Assembly: GCA_028826165.1 (NCBI GenBank)
Contig: JAPDFW010000044.1
Coordinates: 372,001-436,000 of the forward strand
Source: Anaeramoeba ignava BMAN
Lineage: Eukaryota; Protista; Anaeramoebae
Direction of reading: 5' to 3'
DNA length: 64,000 bases
Positions 1 to 11,753 of this stretch are shown here, piece by piece; the stretch's first letter is position 1, and each line of letters begins with the position of its first letter. Both the position numbers and the translations under genes were made by a program. The notes beneath the pieces are model-generated. The model was given only the letters and a program-made list of their open reading frames with translations, made no database searches and was not told where the DNA came from.

Positions 1-907
1 TTTTGACCATAATTTCAAGTTGTTTTTTTGGAGTTGATTTAACAATATTTTCAACTCCATGTTCATTTTGATCAGAAATTAACATAGATAAAGCATTTCT
101 TTGATGATTTAAAGAAGAAAAGTAATGAGGGATTAAATTAAAATATGTTCCCAAAATTTCATTTGCAAACTGAATAACTTCAACTTGAAACACTTTGATT
201 TGAGGATTATTTTCCTTAGTAAATTTTTTGGTATTAAGAGTCAAAGTAATTGGATTATTTGATTTCAAGGAATTATTGTCTAAGAAGTCCTTGATTAGAA
301 TAGGTGATGGAGTTGTTGAATACCATCCAAGAATTTTTTCATTTTTAAATGTTTCTTTGTGAAACTTGAGCATTTCTAATAAAGATTTTATCTGATAATT
401 TTTACTTCTAATATAATCACTTTCTAAATCTTGATTTGTTTTTGTAATGTTTTGAGAACTTTTTTCTTGGTCTTGTTTATCTTTATTGTTTTCAATATTT
501 TTTTCTTGATTTAAATTTTCATTTGAATTTTCATTTGAATTTTGATTTGAATTTTGATTTGAATTTTCATTTTGTTTTTCTTCTTTTTTTCGATTTTTTT
601 GAAAAAGTTTTTCTCGATGTTCAAGAAGTTCTTTTGTTTTTTCATCATTTTTATATGGAATAGGAATGCAATTTGTTATTTCCGTTATTGATAAATTTTG
701 AGAGTTAAAATTTTCAATTAAATTTTCTTGATTTTCTGATAAATTTTTTCTTTTAAAACCAAGAAGAACTCCTATTGCTTCACTATTGGATCTTCTCATA
801 TAATCTTCTATTATTGTTAAAATTACTAATGGATGAATTATTATTGTTTTTTTTTTTGTGTAATTTAATTGACTTGTTTTTTGTGTAATTTTATTTTTAT
901 TTTCCAT
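1..907 (-). CDS. MPN-domain protein, eIF3 subunit F-like (Rpn8/CSN6/eIF3f family); 3' end runs off the window; frameshifted
   Basis: Manual translation from ATG 907 gives IIIHPLVILTIIEDYMRR...VLLG...EITNCIPIP...EKILGWYST, the hallmark motifs of MPN- family proteins. Not in the ORF track because of indels. Confidence 0.7.
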   Translation of the reverse strand, partial: MENKNKITQKTSQLNYTKKKTIIIHPLVILTIIEDYMRRSNSEAIGVLLGFKRKNLSENQENLIENFNSQNLSITEITNCIPIPYKNDEKTKELLEHREKLFQKNRKKEEKQNENSNQNSNQNSNENSNENLNQEKNIENNKDKQDQEKSSQNITKTNQDLESDYIRSKNYQIKSLLEMLKFHKETFKNEKILGWYSTTPSPILIKDFLDNNSLKSNNPITLTLNTKKFTKENNPQIKVFQVEVIQFANEILGTYFNLIPHYFSSLNHQRNALSMLISDQNEHGVENIVKSTPKKQLEIMVK

Positions 908-1065
908 TTATTTAATTATTATTTAAAAAAATGAAAAAAAAAATTAAAAAAAAAATTTTTAATTTAAAAAAAAGGAGAAAAAAAAAATAATTTTTCTTCT
1001 TTTCATTTTTCATTTTTTTTCTTTTTTTCTTTTTAATAAATTAAATTATGTATCAACGTAAACTT

Positions 1066-2322
1066 CAAAATCAAAATCAAAATCAAAATCAAAATACAAA
1101 TCAAAATCAAAATCAAAATACAAATCAAAATCAAAATCAAAATCAAAATCAAAATCAAAATCAAAAATCAAAATCAAAATCAAAATCAAAATCAAAATCA
1201 AAATCAAAATCAAAATCAAAATCAAAATCAAAATACAAAATCAAAATCAAAATCAAAATACAAATCAAAATACAAATCAAAATCAAAATCAAAATACAAA
1301 TCAAAATACAAAATCAAAATCAAAATCAAAATCAAAATCAAAATCAAAAAAAAATACAAATCAAAATACAAATCAAAATCAAAACAATACAAAACCAATT
1401 AAAAATCCAAGAAGAATTAATCAAAATACAAATCAAAATACAAATCAAAATCTTCAAAATCAAAATCAAAATCAAAATCAAAATCAAAATCAAAATACAA
1501 ATCAAAATCAAAATACAAATCAAAATCAAAATCAATTAAAAATCCAAGAATCAAAATCAAAAATACAAATCAAAAAAAATCAAAATCAAAATACAAATCA
1601 AAAATAAAAATAAAATCAAAATACAAAAAAAAAAATAAAAAATCAAAAAGAAAATCAAAATCAAAATAATTAATCAAAATCAAAATCACAAATCAAAATC
1701 AAAATACAAAATCAAAATCAAAATCAATTAAAAATCCAAGAAGAATTAATCAAAATCAAAAAAAAAAATCAAAAAAAATCAAAATCAAAATCAAAAAAAA
1801 AAACAAAATCAAAATACAAAAAAATCAAAATAAAAAAAAAAATCAAAATCAAAAAAATCAATTAATCAAAAATCAAAATCAAAAATCAAAATCAAAATCA
1901 AAAAGTCAAAATCAAATCAAAATCAAAATCAAAATCAAAATCAAAATACAAATCAAAATCAAAATCAAAATCAAAATCAAAATCAAAATCAAAATCAAAA
2001 TCAAAATCAAAATCAAAATCAAAATCAAAATACAAATCAAAATCAAAATCAAAATCAAAATACAAATCAAAATCAAAATACAAATCAAAATACAAATCAA
2101 AATCAAAATACAAATCAAAAAAAAACAAAAAAATCAAAAATACAAATCCAAAATCAAAAACAAAATCAAAATCAAAATCAAAATACAAATCAAAATCAAA
2201 ATCAAAATCAAAATCAAAAATCAAAATCAAAATCAAAATCAAAATCAAAATCAAAATCAAAATCAAAATCAAAATCAAAATCAAAATCAAAATCAAAATC
2301 AAAATCAAAATCAAAATCAAAA
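1066..2322 (+). repeat. (AAAATC)n microsatellite; may encode an N-terminal poly-(NQ) tract or lie in the 5' region of the downstream gene
   Basis: About 1.25 kb of AAAATC/AAATAC hexamers following ATG 1048. Confidence 0.9.
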
Positions 2323-2347
2323 TATAAATACAAATCCTATCAAATTA

Positions 2348-4402
2348 ATGAGAACTCAAAGTCAAACTCAAACTCAAAATATATTAACCCAAAATATAAA
2401 AAATGATTCTGAAATTAAAATAATGAGAAGCCAAAGTCAAAATTTAATAGATCAATTAATTCAAAATCAAAATCAAAATCAAAATCAAAATCAAAACCAA
2501 AATAATTTAAATCAAGATATGAATCAAACAATACGAAACTTATTTCAATCTCATTTCAAAAAAAGACCAAAAAGTCAAAACTTAAATATCGATAAAATTC
2601 AAAAATATAAACAAAAAATTAAAATACTTAAACAAAAAAATAAACAATTAGAAGAAGAAAATCAAAAAATAAAAGAAGAAAAAAATCAAGATTCAAATAA
2701 TAAAAAAGTCACAATTAATATTTCAAATGAAAATGAAACAAAAAATATTCAAGAAATAATAAAAGAAAAAACAGAACAAGAAAATAAATACACAACTCTA
2801 TTTACAAAATTTAAAAAAATTGAAAAGGAATATGAATTTTTTAGAAAACAAATGATCACCCAATCAAATAAAATGAATAAGAAAATTCAAGATTTAATTG
2901 AAGAAAACGAAAGTTTACAAGATTCTAATGAAGACTTAAAAAGTTCTGTTCAATTCCTTGAAAATAATCTAACTAAAAGATTAAGTGAAAAATGTAAATT
3001 GGAAGAAGAATATTCAAAAATAAATCAAGAAAATGAAAAAATTAAGTTGGAAAAAGAAAATATTGAAAAATCAAAAGATGAAATTGAAAAAAATTTAAAT
3101 CAAGAAAAAGAACATCAAGAAAAATTAGAATCAAGATGTAATCTTTTATATGATGATAATTCACAATATCAAGAACAAATCAAAAGCATGGCCAAAAAAC
3201 AAAAAAAATATCAAGACATGATGATCAAAATGAGGAATAAAATGTATAAATTAGCAGATGAAAATAAAAAATATCAAAGACTTGGTCATGATTATTCTCT
3301 TGCAGAAATTTCAAGAAGAGATGAACAAATTTCAAGTTTGCAAGAGAAATTGGAACAAAAAGAACTCGAAGCTGAAGAAATTCTTACACAATTAGATTCT
3401 TTAGAACATATTACTGATGAACTTGATGCTGAAATTGAAAAATTGCAAATTGAAAATCAAATTTTAAAATCGGAATTGAAAAAATATTATCGTTTGAATC
3501 AAAAAAATTCAAATCATCATGATTCACCTCAATCACCTAGAAATAATAATATCGATGATATTAATATTAATATTAATAATAATGGAAATGAAAATGAAAA
3601 TGTAAATGAAAAATTGAGGAAAAAAAATTTATATGAACCTAAATTAATAAGAAGAAAAACAAATGAAAATTTACATCAAGAAAATCAAAATTTAAATATT
3701 AATGTAAATTTAAATGAAAATGAAAATGAAAATGAAAATGAAAATGAAAATTTAAATTTAAATTTAAGTGATCAAATTAAACAATTTGAAAAAATGAATA
3801 ATTTGAATTCAAATGATTTAGATTCAAATGATTTAGATCCAAATGAATTTAATTCAAATTTAAATCAAAATCAAAATCAAAATCAAAATCAAAATCAAAA
3901 TCAAAATCAAAAAAAACCAGATTATCAATCAATCAAAAATAACCAAAAAATTCAAATCAAACCAATTTCAATTTTACCTTTATCTCCAACATATCCTTTA
4001 TCTCCAACATTTCTATCACCAAAAAATGATATTGAAAAAGCTGATATGATGGTTCAAAGATGTGATTTAAGAAATGTTGATTATGTTGGAGAAATTCAAC
4101 ATTTTCAAACAAGTGGAAAAAAAGGAAGATTTTCTCATAAATATAAATCTCAAAAAAAAGAATTATTTCTAAATGAAAAATTTCTTATTTTATATATGAA
4201 AGATGAAATTTTTCCTGAAAAAGTTTTCCAAATTGATAATATTAAAGTTGATACAAGTTCAAAAAAAATTTCTAAAATGAAAAAATCTTTTATGATTATT
4301 GATGGATTTAATGAATTTATATTTAATACAAAATCTCAATCTGAAAGAGATAATTGGGTTTATAAAATATTGAAGAATCAAAACAAAACTGAAATTAAAT
4401 GA
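2348..4402 (+). CDS. Coiled-coil protein with C-terminal PH-like domain
   Basis: 684-aa ORF with a long E/K/Q heptad region. The C-terminus FIFNTKSQSERDNWVYKI matches the terminal PH helix with its conserved Trp. Confidence 0.7.
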   Translation: MRTQSQTQTQNILTQNIKNDSEIKIMRSQSQNLIDQLIQNQNQNQNQNQNQNNLNQDMNQTIRNLFQSHFKKRPKSQNLNIDKIQKYKQKIKILKQKNKQLEEENQKIKEEKNQDSNNKKVTINISNENETKNIQEIIKEKTEQENKYTTLFTKFKKIEKEYEFFRKQMITQSNKMNKKIQDLIEENESLQDSNEDLKSSVQFLENNLTKRLSEKCKLEEEYSKINQENEKIKLEKENIEKSKDEIEKNLNQEKEHQEKLESRCNLLYDDNSQYQEQIKSMAKKQKKYQDMMIKMRNKMYKLADENKKYQRLGHDYSLAEISRRDEQISSLQEKLEQKELEAEEILTQLDSLEHITDELDAEIEKLQIENQILKSELKKYYRLNQKNSNHHDSPQSPRNNNIDDINININNNGNENENVNEKLRKKNLYEPKLIRRKTNENLHQENQNLNINVNLNENENENENENENLNLNLSDQIKQFEKMNNLNSNDLDSNDLDPNEFNSNLNQNQNQNQNQNQNQNQKKPDYQSIKNNQKIQIKPISILPLSPTYPLSPTFLSPKNDIEKADMMVQRCDLRNVDYVGEIQHFQTSGKKGRFSHKYKSQKKELFLNEKFLILYMKDEIFPEKVFQIDNIKVDTSSKKISKMKKSFMIIDGFNEFIFNTKSQSERDNWVYKILKNQNKTEIK

Positions 4403-4466
4403 TTGTTTGAAAATTATTTTTATTTTTTGTTTAATTAATTTTTTTTTATGTTCTATTTTTTTTTTT

Positions 4467-7400
4467 TTAATACTTTCCAAAAAATTTAATTGATTGATGT
4501 TGATTTCCTGTTTTTTCTTTAATATCTGAACCAAATTCACTAAATCTTAATTCATTTGGAATTTGTCCAAAATTTTTTCTTTCATTTGATTTTTTCTTAT
4601 TAAATTCTAAATAATTTGGATTAATTCTTTGAGTATTTGATTTTGGAGTAAAAGATCTTCTTTTAGAATCAAATTTATTTTTTTTATCAAAAAATTTTTC
4701 ATTTTCATTTTGATTTTCATTTTGATTTTCAAATCTTTTTCTTGATATTTTTCTATTTGGAGCTTCTTGTAAACAAAATGATTTTGCAATATGAGATGTT
4801 TTTAATTTTTTCAAACTAAATATATATCTCATTGAATGAGGATGAGTTGTATATGATCTAGTATAACTATTAAATGCTGTTATTGCAAGATTGTTCATTG
4901 ATTCATCTTCTGATACAAATAATTCATATTCTTTTTGAATTCCTGCAACTCTTGCAAGAATAGCATCTTTATCAAAAAGTTTTTTCCAGTTTTTTCTTAA
5001 TTGTTTTTGAGATTTTTCTTTTTGTAATTTTATAACTGATTGATTTCTTTTTTCATTTGAATTTTCATTTTGATTTTCATTTTGATTTTCATTTAAATTC
5101 TCATTTAAATCCTCATCAAAAATTGGAGGAATAAGTGATTCAATAATTGTTGACATTTGAAGATCAATTAATTTAATTGAATGTTGTTCTAATAAATTAA
5201 TATATTGTTCTTCAGAAGGCATTAAAAAAATAAGAGCATTTCCTTTTTTCCCAATTCTTGCAGTTCTTCCAACTCGATGAACATAATCCTTAATAAGAGT
5301 TGGAGGATCATATTGAACAATCCAATCAATATCTTTCATATCAAGTCCTCTTGCTGCAACATCAGTGCAAAAAAGAATTCCTGATTCTGAACTTGCAAAT
5401 GAAAGATATGTTTCTGTTCTTGTTTTTTGATCGAGATTTCCATGCAATTTGAATAATGATGCATGACCTAATATTGTGTTTTTTTTGTTTTCTGGAAATA
5501 TTTTTTGTAAATCTTGAAGAATTTCTGGATATCTTGTTTTTTTAAATAATCTAAAATGAAATTCAACTGAATCACATGAACAAAAGAATACAATAATTTT
5601 TCTTTTTGAAAATGTTTTCCTTGTTTTCCACATTAAAAAAGCCGCTATTAATTTATAAAATTTTAAATTATATCAAAATTAATATAATGTTTTTTGTTGT
5701 TTTTTCTCTTAAAAATCCTAACTTAATGTTTGTATTCTTTTTTTACAAGCAACTAATGTATAAAATTGAGCTAAATTTTTTGGAATTTCCATAACTTCAT
5801 CATTTTCAAATAAATCATTATCGACTTCAAAATCATTTTGAAAACCAATTTTAATAGGATTATTTAAAGTAATATTAACTAAATTTTCAACATCTTGTCT
5901 AAGAGTAGCTGAAATTAAAATATTTTGTCTTGATTTTGAAGAATGTTTTTTTCTTTCAAGAATTTGGAAAATTGCTTTGAGATCTTTTTCAAATCCCAAA
6001 TCTAAAACTCTATCAGCTTCATCCAAAACAAGTATTTCTAATGGTTCAATATTAAATGATGATGTTGTGTTTAAATGATCTAATAATCTTCCTGGAGTTG
6101 CTACAAGTATGTTGATTCCTTTTCTAATTCTTGCTTTTTCTTTCTTTTTACTTTCTCCTCCCATAATTTCTCCTGCGACAATCCAATGACTTGTTTTTAA
6201 AAGTAGTAAAAGAAGTTCATATGTTTGAATTGCTAATTCTCTTGTTGGTGTAATTATGATTACTTTTTTTTTTTTCAATTTCATTTAAAATTTTTTAAAT
6301 TTAATTTTATAAATGAATTTTAATTTTTTATCCGATTTTAATTTTAATTTTATAAATGAATTTTAATTTTAATTTTAATTTAATTTTAATTTAAATTTAA
6401 TTTTAATTTTAATTTTAAATTTAATTTTAATTTTAATTTTAATTTTAATTTTAATTTAATTTTAATTTTAATTTTAATTTTAATTTTAATTTTAATTTTA
6501 ATTTTAATTTTAATTTTAATTTTAATTTTAATTTAAATTTTAATTTTAATTTTAATTTTAATTTTAATTTTAATTTTATAAATTAATAATTTTAATTTTA
6601 ATTTTAATTTTAATTTTAATTTAATTTTAATTTTAATTTCATAAATGAATTTTAATTAGATTTTACCATAAACACCATCACTTCTTTTAATTTTGGGTTG
6701 TTTTTCAATTAAAATTTGAATAATAGGTAAAATATAAGCTAATGTTTTTCCACTTCCTGTTTCTGATTTCATTAAACTTAATAATATATAATAATTAATT
6801 TTAATTTGTAAATCTTTTTAAAAACTATTTCTTTACATATCATTTCCTTTTAATATTTCTGGTACAGATTTTTTTTGTATTAATGTTGGTTTTATTATTT
6901 CAAGTGTTTCTATTTTAAATTTTTAAATTATTTTTAAATTAAAATCTTTTTTTGATTTGTTTTTAATTAATTTTTTACTTTCTAAATTTTCAATTAATTT
7001 TTCATTAAAAATTTTCATTTCTTTAAATGTTGAAGCAGTAAAAAGTTCAGGATCTTTTATTATTATTAAATTTATTTATTTAAAATTTATTAAAATTAAT
7101 TTAAATTTTTTTTATTTTTTGAAATGAAATTTTTTTTACTTTCAAATCTTTCATTTTTATTTTTATCATTTTTTTTATTATTTTTAAATTGATTTTGATT
7201 TATTTTTTTTCTTTCTTTATTTTCATTAATTTGTTTTTTTAATTGAATTTGATATTCTTTTTCAATTTTATTTTGATTTTGATTTTTAAATTGATTTTTG
7301 ATTTTTATTTTATTTTGATTTTTTTTTGATTTAAATTTTTTTTGATTTTTTTTATTTTAATTTTTTTTTTAAATTTTTTAATTTTGATTTTAAAATTTTC

Positions 7401-8114
7401 ATTTTTTAAATTTTTAAAAATTGATTTTGATTTTTATTTTTATTTTTTATTTTGATTTTTAATTTAAATTTTGATTTTTTGAAATGAAATTTTTTTTACT
7501 TTCAAATCTTTCATTTTTATTTTTATCATTTTTTTTATTATTTTTAAATTGATTTTGATTTATTTTTTTTCTTTCTTTATTTTCATTAATTTGTTTTTTT
7601 AATTGAATTTGATATTCTTTTTCAATTTTATTTTGATTTTTAAATTGATTTTGATTTTGATTATTATTTTGATTTTGATTTTGATTTTGATTTTGATTAA
7701 TTTGTTTTTTTAATTGAATTTGATTTTTTTCAATTTTATTTTTTGATTTTGATTTTGATTTTGATTTTGATTTTGATTTTGATTTTGATTTTGATTTTGA
7801 TTTTTAAATTGATTTTGATTTTTAAATTGATTTTGATTTTGATTTTTATTTTTAAATTGATTTTTATTTAAATTTTGATTTTTATTTTGATTTTGATTTT
7901 GATTTTGATTTTTATTTTGATTTGTATTTTTAAATTGATTTTTATTTTTAAATTGATTTTGATTTTCATTTTGATTTTGATTTTGATTTTGGTTTTGATT
8001 TTTAAATTGATTTTGATTTTTATTTTGATTTTGATTTTGATTTTGATTTAAATTTGATTTTTGTGTTTTTCTATCATCAATTATATTTAATTCAAGTTGA
8101 AAATTATCATCCAT
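4467..8114 (-). CDS. DDX31: DEAD-box RNA helicase DDX31/DBP7, multi-exon
   Basis: Exons give KPTLIQ (Q motif), SETGSGKT, PTRELA, GGESKKKEKARIRKGINILVATPGRLLDHL, LDEAD, SAT, TDVAARGLD and YVHRVGRTARIG. The SHWIV..GGE.KK.EKAR.RKG motif is typical of DBP7. GT-AG introns present. Confidence 0.9.
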
Positions 8115-8182
8115 TTTATTTATGAAAAAGAAAGAAAAAGAAAAAAATGAAAAAAAAAAATTAAAAAAAATTTTTTTTGTTT

Positions 8183-10830
8183 TTAAATTTTTTTCACATA
8201 ATTTGAAGGGAAATGACCTGTTTTATCTGGTTCATTTTCTTTATAACCAAAATACCAACCAGATTCTTTATTAAAAGAAATAGCAATTAAAATATCACCT
8301 TCTTTCATTCCTAATTCATCATCATCATCAATTTCATAATCATAATTTGCTTGAAGTTTAATTTCTGAAATGATAATATTTTCACTTTCATTTTCACTTT
8401 CATTTTCACTTTCATTTTCACTTTGATTTTCACTTTCATTTTCATTTTCACTTTGATTTTCATTTTCATTTTCACTTTGATTTTGATTTTGATTTTGATT
8501 TTGATTTTGATTTTGATTTTGATTTTGATTTTGATTTTGACTTTGATTTTGATTTTGATTTTGATTTTGATTTTGATTTTGATTTTGATTTTGATTTTGA
8601 TTTTGATTTTGATTTTGATTTTGATTTTGATTTTGATTTTGATTTTGATTTTGATTTTGATTTTGATTTTGATTTTGATTTTGACTTTCATTTTGACTTT
8701 GATTTTCATCTTCATTTACTGAATTAATTTCTTTTTTTTCTATTTCTTCTATAAATTCATCTGAATTTTCTATATTTTCATTCACTTCTTTTATTGTTAC
8801 TTTTGGTTTTTCATTAAAACTAACTTTTTGTGTTTTTGTTTCTTGTTTTGTTATTTCTTTTTCTTCTTCATCTTTTTCAAAAAATTCATCTGCAAATCGA
8901 AAATTTCCTGTTTGTTTCTCTTCAATAAATTTTTCAATATCTTTTAAAGGATCCATTTTATTTAATATATCTTTAAATTCATTACATTGTTTTTCGAGAA
9001 ATATTAACTTAATTTTTTTATCCGATTTTAAATTTTAATTTTAATTTTGATTTTAATTTTAAATTTTAATTTTAATTTTAATTTTAATTTTAATTTTAAT
9101 TTTAATTTTAATTTTAAATTTTAATTTTAATTTTAATTTTAATTTTAATTTTAATTTTAATTTTAATTTTAATTTTAATTTTAATTTTAATTTTAATTTT
9201 TAAATTTTAATTTTAATTTTAATTTTAATTTTAATTTTAATTTTAAATTTTTAATTTTAATTTTAATTTTATAAATGAATTTTAATTTTTATTTTTAATT
9301 TTAATTTTAATTTTTAATTTTAATTTTTAATTTTAATTTTAATTTTAATTTTAATTTTAATTTTAATTTTAATTTTATAAATTAATTTTAATTTTAATTT
9401 AATTAAATTTTAATTTAAATTTTAATTTTAATTTTAATTTTAATTTTAATTTTATAAATGAATTTTAATTTTAATTTGATAAAAATGTACAAAATTATTA
9501 TTATTATCTCCATAATTAAGTAAAGCCTTTTTAATAGCATCTTTTCTTTCACTTTCTTGAACTTGAAGTGTCTAAATAATTGAAAATTAAAATAATTCAT
9601 TTTTAAATTGAATTTCTTTCTTTTTCCAAAAAAAAATATCAACTTTTTGGTTTTAAATAAAATAAAATTTTAATTTACTGATAAATTAATATCTAAACTT
9701 TCTTCTAAAATATCTTTTTCTTTATTATATAACTCAACATTTTTTTTATAAGTTTCTTCTGATTCTTGAAATTGTTTTTTTAATTTATTAATCTTTTTTT
9801 CTAATTGTTTCACTTTGCTTTTAAGTTTTGAACGTGTTCTACTTTTGATTTCAAGTTGTGAATATGCATTTTGTTGTTCTTGTATTTCAAAATATAATTT
9901 TTCATATCTTGTTTTTGATTTTGCAAGTTCATTTTTGATATTTAAAAAGCTTTTTGTTTTTTTTTTAGTTTCTTCAACAATCTTAATTTAAATCATAATA
10001 TAAAAAAAATAGTTTTGAAATTTATCCGATTTTAATTTTATAAATGAATTTTAATTTTAATTTTAATTTTAATTTTAATTTTAATTTTATAAATGAATTT
10101 TAATTTTAATTTTAATTTTAATTTTAATTTTAAATTAAATTTTAATTTTAATTTTAATTTAAATTTAATTTTAATTTTAATTTTAATTTTAATTTTAATT
10201 TTAATTTTATAAATGAATTTTAATTTAAATTTTAATTTTAATTTTAATTTTAATTTTAATTTTAATTTTAATTTTAATTTTAATTTTTAATTTTAATTTT
10301 AATTTTAATTTTAATTTTAATTTTAATTTTAATTTTATAAATGAATTTTAATTTAAATTTTAATTTTAATTTTAATTTTTACTTTATTTCTTTTTTTGGA
10401 TTGTTCATCTTTTAATGAAGATAAATTATTAGTTAATTCTTTTTGAATTTTATCAGAAAATTGAATTGTTTCTGATTGAAATTGTGAAATTTGTTCTTTA
10501 AAAAAATTTAAAGTATTTTTAATTTCACTTTTTATTTTATTTTTTTAAATTAAAATTAAATTTAAAAAGCAAAAAATTTTAATTTTTATTTTTATTTTTA
10601 ATTTTTATATTTTTATACCTAAATTCATTATTTCCAATTTCATTTCTTTGAATTTTTTGAAGAGATTTTGAATAATCTGTTTCAATTTTTGATCTTTCAT
10701 TTAAAAAATTAATTAAATTATTTAAATTTGTTTTTCCTATTTCAAGATGGTTAACAACAATATCAAAACCTTGTTTAGGTTTATTTAAAAAACCTCTAAA
10801 TTCTTTTTCAAATTTAATTTCTTCTGTCAT
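8183..10830 (-). CDS. F-BAR (FCH) + SH3 protein (PSTPIP/Cdc15/PACSIN-like), multi-exon
   Basis: Exon 1 GFDIVVNHLEIGK...FLNERSKIETDYSKSLQK is an FCH domain. The last exon ends with an SH3 domain (ANYDYE...ELGMKEGD...GWYFG...GHFPSNYVKKI). Confidence 0.85.
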
Positions 10831-10894
10831 TTTTATTTTTATTAATTGAAAAAAAATGAAAAAATGAAAAAATGAAAAAATGAAAAAATGAAAA

Positions 10895-11465
10895 AAATGA
10901 AATCAAAAATATTAAGTAATTAAATTGAAAATTAATTCTATTTTATATATTTTATTAACTTTTCTTTATTTAAAATAATATAAAATAATTCTCAATAATT
11001 TAATAAATTTAATAAAATATTTTAATAAATTTATTTAAAAAATGGAATAAAGAATATTAAATAATTTAATTTAAAATTAATCCTAATTTATATATTTTAT
11101 TAACTTTTCTTTATTTAAAATAATATAAAGTTATTCTCAATAATTTAATAAAATGAATAAAATATTTTAATAAATTTATTTAAAAAATGAAATCAAAAAT
11201 ATTAAATAATTAAATTGAAAATTAATTATATTTTATATATTTTATTAACTTTTCTTTATTTAAAATAATATAAAATAATTCTCAATAATTTAATAAAATG
11301 AATAAAATATTTTAATAAATTTATTTAAAAATGAAATCAAAAATATTAAATAATTAAATTGAAAATTAATTCTAATTTATATATTTTATTAACTTTTCTT
11401 TATTTAAAATAATATAAAGTTAATTCCTAATAATTTAATAAAATTAAGAAAATATTTTAATAAAA
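10895..11465. repeat. ~145-bp AT-rich tandem repeat, ~4 copies
   Basis: AATGAAATCAAAAATATTAA...TTAACTTTTCTTTATTTAAAA recurs near 10897, 11041, 11187 and 11330. Confidence 0.85.
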
Positions 11466-11753
11466 ATAAATAATTAATTTTAGTAATAATTAATAATAAA
11501 TTATAATTGATTTGTTCTTATTTTATATTTTATAAAATATTTTACAATTAATAATAATTAATTTCTATTTTTAATTTTTATATTTTTTGATTTTCATTTT
11601 TTCAATTTAATCTTCTTTTTAATAATATTTTTAAATTAAAATTAAATTATTTAAATTTGGATTTGTTTCTTATTTATTGATTTGAAGAATTTAATTTGAT
11701 TGAAAGTAAATTAAAATTGAATTAAATTTTGAAAAAAAATGAAAAATAAGTTT

